From a bacterium (GTDB lineage: Bacteria; SZUA-182; DTGQ01): a stretch of DNA of 64,000 nucleotides. Below are positions 39,140 to 47,900 of this stretch, piece by piece (the stretch's first letter is position 1; every line of letters begins with the position of its first letter). A program made the position numbers and the translations under genes. The notes under the pieces were generated by a model that saw only the letters and a program-made list of their open reading frames with translations, was not told the DNA's origin and did not search any database. The stretch covers positions 2,102 to 66,101 of the forward strand of contig JBFLZW010000041.1 in assembly GCA_040755755.1 (NCBI GenBank), given 5' to 3'.

Positions 39140-40090
39140 CTAGGCTGTGCCTGACCATCGCTGGCCTTCCAGTTCCTGATCGCGAACTCCCTGGAGGTAT
39201 TCCCAGGCAGACATTGCCTGTTTCCCTTCATGCTGAAGCCGGGTAATAGCCAGCATGCTGTTTTCTCCTGCCTCGACAACCAGTCCTTCCCTTCGATCAG
39301 CATGTACGATTCTACCGGGACAATCACCTCCCTGCTGCTTGACGATTTGTGCCTGCAATAATTTTATCCGTCGTCCGTTCAAATAGGAAAATGCTCCTGG
39401 CCAGGGATTCAAACCGCGAATCAACCTGCAGATTTTTTCGGCCGGCTGAGTCCAGTCGATTGCACCGTCCTCCTTTTTTAACAGCCGGGTATAGGTAGCC
39501 AGATCATTGCGCTGCTTATGGCGAATTACCTTCCCCTCCTCATACATGGCCAGTGTTTCCATCAAAACCTCCGCTCCCAGCCGGGCCAGTCGAGGAGAGA
39601 GTGTTCCTGCCGTATCATCGGGCAGGATGGCAATTTCTTTCTGCAGCAGGATATCGCCCGTATCCATGCCCGCATCCATCTGGATGGTGGTCACTCCCGT
39701 GATTTCATCTCCCTCGATGATTGCCCACTGGATCGGAGATGCTCCCCGGTGCCGGGGCAGGAGTGAGCCGTGGACATTAACGCAGCCGTGGACGGGGATC
39801 GATAACAGACTTTGTGACAGTATCTGCCCGTAGGCAACCACCACCACCAGTTCCGGCCCGGCCTGCTGAACAAGCTCCCTGCCCTGCGGACTCGATGCTT
39901 TTTCCGGCTGCTCGACGCGAAGCCCTGTTTGCTGCGCCAGGACCTTGACCGGCGAGGGATACGGCCGCTGCCCCCGTCCCTTTGGACGGTCGGGCTGGGT
40001 AATCACCATTTCGACCTGATGGCGGCTGTGAACGAGGGCCTCAAGGGATGGGCAGGAAAAATCAGCGGACCCGAAAAAGACGATCCTCAT
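39140..40090 (-). CDS. fmt: methionyl-tRNA formyltransferase
   Basis: The sequence MRIVFFGSADFSCPSLEAL...HGCVNVHGSLLPRHRGASPIQWAI is present, and the gene lies downstream of def. Confidence 0.9.
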   Translation of the reverse strand: MRIVFFGSADFSCPSLEALVHSRHQVEMVITQPDRPKGRGQRPYPSPVKVLAQQTGLRVEQPEKASSPQGRELVQQAGPELVVVVAYGQILSQSLLSIPVHGCVNVHGSLLPRHRGASPIQWAIIEGDEITGVTTIQMDAGMDTGDILLQKEIAILPDDTAGTLSPRLARLGAEVLMETLAMYEEGKVIRHKQRNDLATYTRLLKKEDGAIDWTQPAEKICRLIRGLNPWPGAFSYLNGRRIKLLQAQIVKQQGGDCPGRIVHADRREGLVVEAGENSMLAITRLQHEGKQAMSAWEYLQGVRDQELEGQRWSGTA

Positions 40091-40179
40091 CGTATTGGTT
40101 CCTCCTTATTCTCCCTTCCCCCTCCCCTGCCTGTCGCTTCTTCCATATCAGGAACTCCCCGCTCCACTCTTCTGCTTTT

Positions 40180-40257
40180 CTCTGTGTACCTCTGTGCCTC
40201 TGTGTCTCTGTGGTGTCCTTTGTCTTTGTCTCTGTTTTTGCCTTTGTCTTTACTCCC
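40180..40257 (-). repeat. dispersed repeat family with (CACAGAG)3-4 heptamer core and an A-rich flank; copy between def and fmt
   Basis: The sequence GACACCACAGAGACACAGAGGCACAGAG plus an A-rich ACAAAG flank is present. Near-identical copies lie at 43824..43882 and 59897..59955. A shorter copy lies at 6161..6184 and a CTCTGCG variant at 36769..36793. Confidence 0.7.
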
Positions 40258-40768
40258 TGGCTGCCAGTTTGGCTTTTTTGCGCAGTTTCATTTTGAGCAG
40301 GTCCCGTTTGATCTTGCTCATCCGGTCGATAAACAGGACCCCGTCCAGGTGGTCCACTTCATGCTGGATCACCCGGGCTAAAAGGTTTTCTGCGGTCAGC
40401 TCATGCTCGATCCCGGCCAAATCGAAGAATTTCAGCCTGACACGCTGAAACCGGCTTACATCGCCCCATACTTCAGGAATACTCAGACAGCCTTCTTCCC
40501 CGGTTATCATCTCTCCATCGGAATGGATGATTTCGGGGTTGATGAGTATCAGCGGATCCTTGCCCTTGTCTTCAGTAGCGACGTCAATAACTACAATCCT
40601 TTGTAAAACTCCCACCTGCGGGGCCGCCAGGCCTACGCCCGGTGCACCATACATTGTTTCCAGCATGTCCGCGACCAGCTTTCTGACCGACAGGTCAGAC
40701 TGATTGACCACAGCAGCCTTTTCCCGCAAAACGGAAGCCGGATATTTGAAAATTTCCAAGATGGCCAT
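40250..40768 (-). CDS. def: peptide deformylase
   Basis: The three peptide deformylase motifs GVGLAAPQVG, EGCLSIP and HEVDHLDG are present. Confidence 0.92.
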   Translation of the reverse strand: MAILEIFKYPASVLREKAAVVNQSDLSVRKLVADMLETMYGAPGVGLAAPQVGVLQRIVVIDVATEDKGKDPLILINPEIIHSDGEMITGEEGCLSIPEVWGDVSRFQRVRLKFFDLAGIEHELTAENLLARVIQHEVDHLDGVLFIDRMSKIKRDLLKMKLRKKAKLAARE

Positions 40769-40848
40769 ACGATATTATCTCTTCGTTTTTCGATAGTTAC
40801 TGTTAAAGTCCTTTCTTTTCATAAGAATAAGACAAAATCCCCTGCTTG

Positions 40849-41616
40849 TCAATGGGTAACAGGACTTACCGGCTTTCCCGTATCCGGCACATCCTCATCG
40901 ATCACCTCCACGCCCCTGGGAGGAACGAAATGAAATATCGTATCCGCTAACCCCTGGTTGCGCTGAAGGTGGAGAAAATCGATATCATTGGTATTTCCGT
41001 AGGGATCAACCAGAATGATCCCGGTAATGCCCAGTTCCCTGGCCTCCAGTTTCAATTGCATCTTTTTTATATTGGCCTGTGCCCGGCGGGGCACCAGGTT
41101 GAGCAGAACGACTCCGGAGTCATCCGGCTGCGATCCTCCATCTGCCAGGCTGATGATAAAGCTCTGCTGCAAATTCCCGAGGCCGGAAAGAAAGGACAGG
41201 GGTGTCGTGTCCTGCAGGACCGTGCTGGCCTTTCGTTTCACTACCTGGGCATCCTCCGGTACATACCACCAGAAGTCTTTTTGATTGATGACATATATTT
41301 GCTTTTCGGGAGATTCGTAATCCCATTTCATCAGGTTCGGCTTTTTAAAATAGATTTTCCCTCTGGCCTCGGTGGTTGTGTTCAGGGTTTGACTGAAGCT
41401 CTTTTGCCGGAAATCCGCCTGAAGATCGGTGAGCTTATCATACCACTCCTGGACCCGCCGGACAACCGGCTCGGCTTTGACCGCCTGCGGCCCTCCCTCT
41501 AATTTCTTCCCCTGCGATTCTCCCCCCCATGAAGGATGAGGGCTGATCACCTGAAACAGTGCCGCCGATACCAGAAAAAAAGCCGCCATGCCATAATAAA
41601 CGATCTTATTTTTCAT
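40849..41616 (-). CDS. lolA: LolA-like outer-membrane lipoprotein carrier protein
   Basis: It has a signal peptide and LolA-family sequence, and shows the conserved ftsK-lolA synteny. Confidence 0.6.
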   Translation of the reverse strand: MKNKIVYYGMAAFFLVSAALFQVISPHPSWGGESQGKKLEGGPQAVKAEPVVRRVQEWYDKLTDLQADFRQKSFSQTLNTTTEARGKIYFKKPNLMKWDYESPEKQIYVINQKDFWWYVPEDAQVVKRKASTVLQDTTPLSFLSGLGNLQQSFIISLADGGSQPDDSGVVLLNLVPRRAQANIKKMQLKLEARELGITGIILVDPYGNTNDIDFLHLQRNQGLADTIFHFVPPRGVEVIDEDVPDTGKPVSPVTH

Positions 41617-43810
41617 AATCCCTGCCAATTAACACCTCCCTTGGTTTGCTTCCCTGGGGTTTACTTACCACTCCGTCACGCTCCATAAGCTCGATCATCC
41701 GTGCCGCCCGGTTGTATCCGATTCTCAGGCGGCGCTGAATCATGGAAATCGAGGCCTGCCTGGTTTTGATCACCAGGTCCACGGCCTTGTCATACAGGTC
41801 ATCGTACTCCTCCTCGTCCTGCTTGCTTCCGGGCTTGGCATCATCCCCGCAGAAGGACAGGATGGTATCGTCATATTCCGGCTTCCCCTGTGAAGCCAGG
41901 TATTTTACCAGCCGCTTGATCTCCCCTTCGGTAATGGAAGAGCCGTGAAGCCGGACCAGGTCGGAGCTTCCGGGCGGCAGAAACAGCATATCTCCCAGTC
42001 CCAGCAGTTTTTCCGCTCCATTGGCATCCAGAATGGTTCGGGAGTCGGTTTTCGAGGAGACCCGGAAGGATATCCGGCTGGGAAAGTTGGCTTTGATCAG
42101 GCCGGTCACTACGTCAACCGACGGGCGCTGGGTGGCGATAATCAGATGGATGCCTACAGCTCTGGCCATCTGGGCGAGGCGGATAAGCAGGGTCTCCACT
42201 TCGCGGGCCGACATGATCATCAGATCGGCGAATTCGTCGATAACAATGACGATGTAGGGCAGAGGGCTGTGGTGCAGTATCCCTGCCGGGGACTCTTCCG
42301 GCGATCCTTCAGGCGCGGGCGGGGAGGGCTTTTTATCCTCGGAGAGGACCTGGTGATTATACTGGCCGATGTTCCTGACTCCCCGGTCGGCCAGGATCCG
42401 GTAGCGGTTTTCCATCTCCTGGGTAGCCCACCGAAGAGCGCTGGCCGCCTCCTTCGGCTCCACCACCACCGGGGTCAAAAGGTGGGGAATGTCATTATAG
42501 ACTCCCAGCTCGAGCATCTTGGGGTCGATCATGATAAACTTCACCTCGTCAGGGGTGGCATTGAAAAGAATGCTGCAAATCAGGGCGTTGATGGCCACGC
42601 TCTTGCCTGATCCTGTTGCTCCGGCAATCAGAAGATGAGGCATCCTGGCCAGGTCGGTGACATAGGGGGTACCGGCAATGTCCTTGCCAAGGGCCAGGGT
42701 CAGCCGGGAATTTGCCTTGGTAAACTGCTCCGATTCCAGGATTTCCCGAAGGTACACCACCTCCCGCTGCTGGTTGGGGATTTCCAGGCCGACCACGCTT
42801 TTGCCGGGAACCGGGGCCACGATCCGCACCGACAGGGCTTTCATGGCCAGAGCCAGATCATCGGACAGATTGGCGATTTTGGAAATCTTGACCCCCGGTG
42901 CAGGCTCGAACTCATACCGGGTTACGACCGGGCCGGGAAGCACCTGAACGACCTTGCCCTGAACCGCAAAGTTCAGGAGCTTTTCTTCCAGCTTCCGGCA
43001 ACTGTCCTGAATCCACTGTTTGCTCTCGGCAGTCTCCGTTTTCTGGGTCTGTTCGAGCAAAGACAGGGGAGGAAGAGCCCCTTTAGGTCCGGACAGGATT
43101 TCCTCGAATGCATCTTCTTCATCAGCCTGAGACTGCTTTTCCTTGCGCTTTCCCTTGCCGGGTGATTTTTTCGATTGTTTTTTATCCTTCTTCCCGTGCG
43201 ATGAGGGCTTATCCTCGCTCCCCCGGCTGCCCCTGACCCGGTCCCAGAGGAAAGTCACAGCCTGGACCACGAGGGAGGGGAGGGGGAGAATGAGGTCGAG
43301 TACTGAAACCTGCGTCAGGAGGATCAGGGAAATCGAAAACATGGTCAGCAGGATGATAAAGGTGCCCAGGGTGCCGAACGAGGAAACCATTTGCAGGGAA
43401 TTGATGACCAGATAGCCGGTCAGCCCGCCGTGACGGAACCCGGCGAAGGTCTCGCCGTTTAAACCGCCCAGGATCAGCGACAGCAGGCCGCAGGTCGAAG
43501 GCAGCAGAAGAAGAATCCCCAGCCATTGAGAGAACGAGTGATTCCAGCCGCGTAGGGTAATCATACGCCAGCCCCAAAAAATGAGAACGAGAGGGATCAG
43601 GAAAGCGACGCCGCCAATAATGATCACGAGATGATCGGCCAGCCATGCGCCGAAGCTGCCCATGAGATTATGAACAGCATACGATCCGACGCTGCTGAAG
43701 GAGGGGTCCTGGGGATGGTAGCTCAACAGGCTCAGGAGAATGAAAAGGGCCAGGGCAAAAAAAACCACTCCGAGAATTTCCTGAACCAGCCGCTGCTTTA
43801 ATGAATCCAT
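41606..43810 (-). CDS. ftsK: DNA translocase FtsK/SpoIIIE
   Basis: It has N-terminal TM helices, a P-loop GATGSGKS, a DExx box VIVIDEFADL and a C-terminal gamma (winged-helix) domain. The start was placed at MDSLKQ (43810). Confidence 0.9.
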   Translation of the reverse strand: MDSLKQRLVQEILGVVFFALALFILLSLLSYHPQDPSFSSVGSYAVHNLMGSFGAWLADHLVIIIGGVAFLIPLVLIFWGWRMITLRGWNHSFSQWLGILLLLPSTCGLLSLILGGLNGETFAGFRHGGLTGYLVINSLQMVSSFGTLGTFIILLTMFSISLILLTQVSVLDLILPLPSLVVQAVTFLWDRVRGSRGSEDKPSSHGKKDKKQSKKSPGKGKRKEKQSQADEEDAFEEILSGPKGALPPLSLLEQTQKTETAESKQWIQDSCRKLEEKLLNFAVQGKVVQVLPGPVVTRYEFEPAPGVKISKIANLSDDLALAMKALSVRIVAPVPGKSVVGLEIPNQQREVVYLREILESEQFTKANSRLTLALGKDIAGTPYVTDLARMPHLLIAGATGSGKSVAINALICSILFNATPDEVKFIMIDPKMLELGVYNDIPHLLTPVVVEPKEAASALRWATQEMENRYRILADRGVRNIGQYNHQVLSEDKKPSPPAPEGSPEESPAGILHHSPLPYIVIVIDEFADLMIMSAREVETLLIRLAQMARAVGIHLIIATQRPSVDVVTGLIKANFPSRISFRVSSKTDSRTILDANGAEKLLGLGDMLFLPPGSSDLVRLHGSSITEGEIKRLVKYLASQGKPEYDDTILSFCGDDAKPGSKQDEEEYDDLYDKAVDLVIKTRQASISMIQRRLRIGYNRAARMIELMERDGVVSKPQGSKPREVLIGRDYEK

Positions 43811-43823
43811 TGGGGTTGTCCAC

Positions 43824-43882
43824 AAATAAATAAAATACAAATACCAATACCAACGACACCACAGAGGCACAGAGACACAGAG
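43824..43882 (+). repeat. copy of the (CACAGAG)n repeat family between uppP and ftsK
   Basis: The sequence AAATAAATAAAATACAAATACCAATACCAACGACACCACAGAGGCACAGAGACACAGAG is present. Confidence 0.7.
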
Positions 43883-43933
43883 ATACCCGGAGAAAAGACA
43901 GGGAGTAATGTATTCATAGACAGCTCCATAACC

Positions 43934-44761
43934 TCAGACTTTTTTCAGATAGAGAAGCAGCCCGCTGCCGATCGCCACCAGCCAGCAGTACCAGGCAAAC
44001 AGGGACAGCCGCTGTCGGGAGAGGAGCTTGAGGAGGTATTTGATGGCCAAATAGCCGACAACGGCGGCTGCCAGGGTGCCCGCCAGGATGGCCGGTAAGT
44101 TGATACCCGGCTGCCAAAGAAGATGCATGCTGTCCTTTGCCTCCAGAACTGTGGCCCCCAGTATGGCCGGAATGGACAGCAGGAAGGAATACTCGACACA
44201 GGCCGAAGGCTCCAGGCCGCAAAAAAGACCCATGGCAATGGTCGCCCCGGAGCGGGATATGCCCGGAGTTATGGCAATCCCCTGGAAAAGGCCGATGAGC
44301 AGTGCATCCTGGATAGTCATCTTTTCCAGCTTCCGGGTGGCATTCATGCGCCTGCTGGCAAGCATTAACAGCCCGCCGGTAATACAGAGGGCCAAAAGTA
44401 CGAGATAAGTGTTTGAAAAGATTTGCTCGAAGAAATCCTTGGAGGCAAATCCGATTATGGCCGTTGGCACGGACCCGATCACCATCATGAGAAAAACCTT
44501 CCGCCCGCGCTGAAGAGCCCCGGCCCCCGGATCGGGCTTCCATCTCAGGAGCCCCTCGATAATCCGGGCAATTTCCTTGCGGTAATAGGCGAAAACAGAC
44601 AAAAGTGTGCCCAAATGGAGGAAAATTTCGAATAATAATCCTGGACGGTCAAAATTTTTTAGAAAAGATTCGATAATTACCAGATGACCTGAACTGCTTA
44701 CCGGGAAAAACTCGGTCAGGCCCTGAATAATTCCCAGGAGTATGGAGTGAAAGAAGCTCAT
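43934..44761 (-). CDS. uppP: undecaprenyl-diphosphate phosphatase
   Basis: The sequence MSFFHSILLGIIQGLTEFFPVSSSGHL... is present in a polytopic BacA/UppP-family protein. Confidence 0.9.
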   Translation of the reverse strand: MSFFHSILLGIIQGLTEFFPVSSSGHLVIIESFLKNFDRPGLLFEIFLHLGTLLSVFAYYRKEIARIIEGLLRWKPDPGAGALQRGRKVFLMMVIGSVPTAIIGFASKDFFEQIFSNTYLVLLALCITGGLLMLASRRMNATRKLEKMTIQDALLIGLFQGIAITPGISRSGATIAMGLFCGLEPSACVEYSFLLSIPAILGATVLEAKDSMHLLWQPGINLPAILAGTLAAAVVGYLAIKYLLKLLSRQRLSLFAWYCWLVAIGSGLLLYLKKV

Positions 44762-44998
44762 TGGACTTTTTCCCTTACGGTGCCGGCTGCTCGACGATGA
44801 TGCAGGCAGGGTTCTTGGTTACAGTTACTTGAATAGGTAAGTATATATCGTTCTTAATCTTGTGTAAAGACCAAAATGAGGAAACAGAAAGTACCTTGAT
44901 AAATCATCGGGAATATACTATTATTTTAGCTTTCATTTCTGGTTATAGTGAAAGAGGAGAGGTTAGAATTACATTTGGTTGGAAGGGAGTGACGAAAA

Positions 44999-47900
44999 AT
45001 GCGCGAAAAATCTGAGGGCAGGAAAAAGATATTGTGTCTTGGGATTGACATCGGATCGATCAGCGTCGACTTTGCCCTCGTTAACCAGGATCGTGAGATT
45101 ATCAGGACTTCCTATCACCGGGTCAAAGGACAGCCTATTCTCAAGACCCTTGAAGTGCTGGAGAAAGAGTTTGCCGATTTTCTGGCCGAAGATTCCATCA
45201 GCCTGTCGTTTACCGGGACCGGCGGACTGATCCTGAGCCATCTGCTGGATACGTTCTTTATCAATGAAATCATCGCCCAGATGAAAGCGGTCATCCTGCT
45301 TCATCCCGAGGCCAGAACCATTATCGAAATCGGCGGCGAGGATTCCAAACTCATTCTGCTCGACTACCAGCAGTCCTCACAATCTCTGGTCCTGAAGGAT
45401 TTTGCCATGAATACCATGTGCGCTGCGGGTACCGGCTCTTTTCTCGACCAGCAGGCTTCGCGGCTCGGCATCTCGATCGAGGAAGAGTTCGGCGAACTGG
45501 CCATGAAGTCGAAAAACCCGGCCCGTATTGCCGGGCGGTGCAGCGTTTTTGCCAAATCGGATATGATCCACCTCCAGCAGGAGGCCACCCCGGACTATGA
45601 CATCATTGCCGGGCTGTGCATGGCTATGGCCCGAAACTTCAGGGGAAGCATCGGCAAGGGGAAGGAGTTCCAGAAGCCCATTCTCTTTCAGGGAGGAGTT
45701 GCCGCCAATAAGGGCATGGTGAGGGCGTTTGAGACGCTTTTCAAGCTCGCTCCGGGAGAGTTGATCATCCCGAAGTACTATAACTGCATGGGCGCTATCG
45801 GAGCTGCCCTGGTCGCGCTCGAAACCCCGAAATTCATCAGGGGAAGGAATGTCCTGAAAACGATAGCCGATTATTTGAACCAGGACCGCTATCAGGAATC
45901 CCACCTGCCGCCGCTGCACGCTGGCAAGCCCCCGTCTTCGGGAAAACGCCCTGCGGATGCGGGAAAACCATCCGGGGCAGGGAACGGCCAGAGCGGGAGA
46001 GACGCAAAGCCGATTCCGGCCTTTCTGGGAATCGACGTCGGCTCGATCAGTACCAATGTGGTAGTGATCGACAGCAACAAAAAGGTCCTGGCAAAAAGAT
46101 ACCTGATGACTGCCGGACGCCCGATCGAAGCGGTCCGCACGGGGCTTGATGAAGTCGGGCGGGAGCTCCAGGACCGGGTCAGAATCTGCGGAGTGGGCAC
46201 CACCGGATCGGGAAGATACCTGATCGGGGATTTCGTGGGGGCCGATATCATCAAAAACGAGATCACCGCCCAGGCCAAGGCCGCGGCAGCCATTGACCGG
46301 CAGGTCGATACTATCTTCGAAATCGGCGGCCAGGATTCCAAGTACATCAGCCTCGATCAGGGTGCGGTCGTGGATTTCGAGATGAATAAGGTGTGCGCTG
46401 CCGGAACCGGCTCTTTCCTGGAAGAGCAGGCGGAAAAGATCGGCATCAATATCAAGGAGGAGTTCGGAAACCTGGCCCTCTGTGCTTCCGCTCCCGTAAG
46501 GATGGGGGAGCGCTGTACCGTATTCATGGAGTCTGACCTTGTCCACCATCAGCAGAGCGGTGCCGCCAAGGAGAACCTGGTGGCCGGTCTCAGCTATTCG
46601 ATCGTTCATAACTACCTGAACCGCGTGGTGGCCGGACGCAGGGTTGGAAACCGGATATTCTTCCAGGGCGGAGTGGCAGCCAATAAAGGCGTGGTCGCTG
46701 CCTTCGGGCAGGTCCTGCAAAAGCCGGTGATCGTTCCCGAACACCACGAAGTTACCGGGGCCATCGGCGTGGCCCTGATCGCCCAGGAGGAGCAGACCTG
46801 GACCCAGAGCAAATTCCGGGGATTTGATCTGAGCCACCGCCGCTATGAAATCGAGAGCTTTGAATGCGCAGGATGCGCCAATCACTGCCAGATTAAAAAG
46901 GTCGTGCTCGATCAGGACCGGCCGCTTTTCTACGGCAGCCGGTGTGACCGCTACGATGAAAAAAAAGGAGAAAAACTCTCCGCCCATCCCCTCGATCTGT
47001 TTGCCTTCCGGTCACAGGAGCTTCACCGGCAGTACCTGACTCCAGCCGGGGATTCATCTTCTTCCAGCGCGCCTCGCACAAAGATAGGTATCCCCTTATG
47101 CCTGTTCTTTCACGAGTGGCTTCCCTTCTGGCGGACCTTCTTTACGGCCCTGGGGCTTGAAGTCATCCTCTCTCAGGCAACGAACAAGGAGATCATCAAC
47201 CAGGGGGTACAGGCGGCTGTGGACGATACCTGCTTTCCCATCAAGGTGGCCTATGGACATATCCATAACCTCCTCCGGCAAAAGGTCGATTATCTCTTTT
47301 TGCCCAGCATCATCAACATGCCAACCGAGCAGAACGGTATCCATGACAGTTTCAACTGTCCCTACGTCCAGACGATTCCCTACACCGCCGCCGCGGCTAT
47401 CAATATCGAACAGAGCGGGACAAAGCTTCTGCGGCCTGTGGTATACCTGCGAAGAGGACTGAAATCTATCCGCAAAAGCCTCATCCCCCTTGGCCGAAGC
47501 CTGGGAAAATCCGCGGCGGACACCGGAAAAGCCATTGACCGGGCTTACGCTGCCCAAAGCTCCTTCCATGCCGCCCTCCAAAAAAAGGGAGAAGAGATTA
47601 TCAGCACACTCCCGGAACAGGAGAAGGCAATGGTCCTGATCAGCCGGCCCTACAATGGCTGCGATTTCGGGCTGAATCTGGAGATTCCCAGAATTTTTCG
47701 CGAAATGGGCTTTCTGATCATTCCGATGGACTTTCTGCCGCTCCACCAGAACCAGATCGCCGAAAACTGGCCCAATATGTACTGGCGCTACGGGCAAAGA
47801 ATCCTGAGCGCTGCCCGGTTTATCCGAACACGGGCAAACTTGTATGCCATCTACCTGACGAATTTCAGCTGCGGCCCTGATTCGTTCATCACCCAGTTTT

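Noticed and set aside
38989-39246. 85-aa plus-strand ORF (MFPIFLILNEDGKNNHHPHPASPATGAPCLKGEE...)
   Set aside because: It is generated by the MITE-like element itself and overlaps the 3' end of fmt on the opposite strand. It is not a gene.
45377-46987. 536-aa minus-strand ORF, together with 47096..47953 and 48299..49270 (all on the minus strand)
   Set aside because: They are entirely antisense to the well-supported 1430-aa activase gene and have no motifs or Shine-Dalgarno sequence. They are typical long antisense ORFs in GC-balanced coding DNA.
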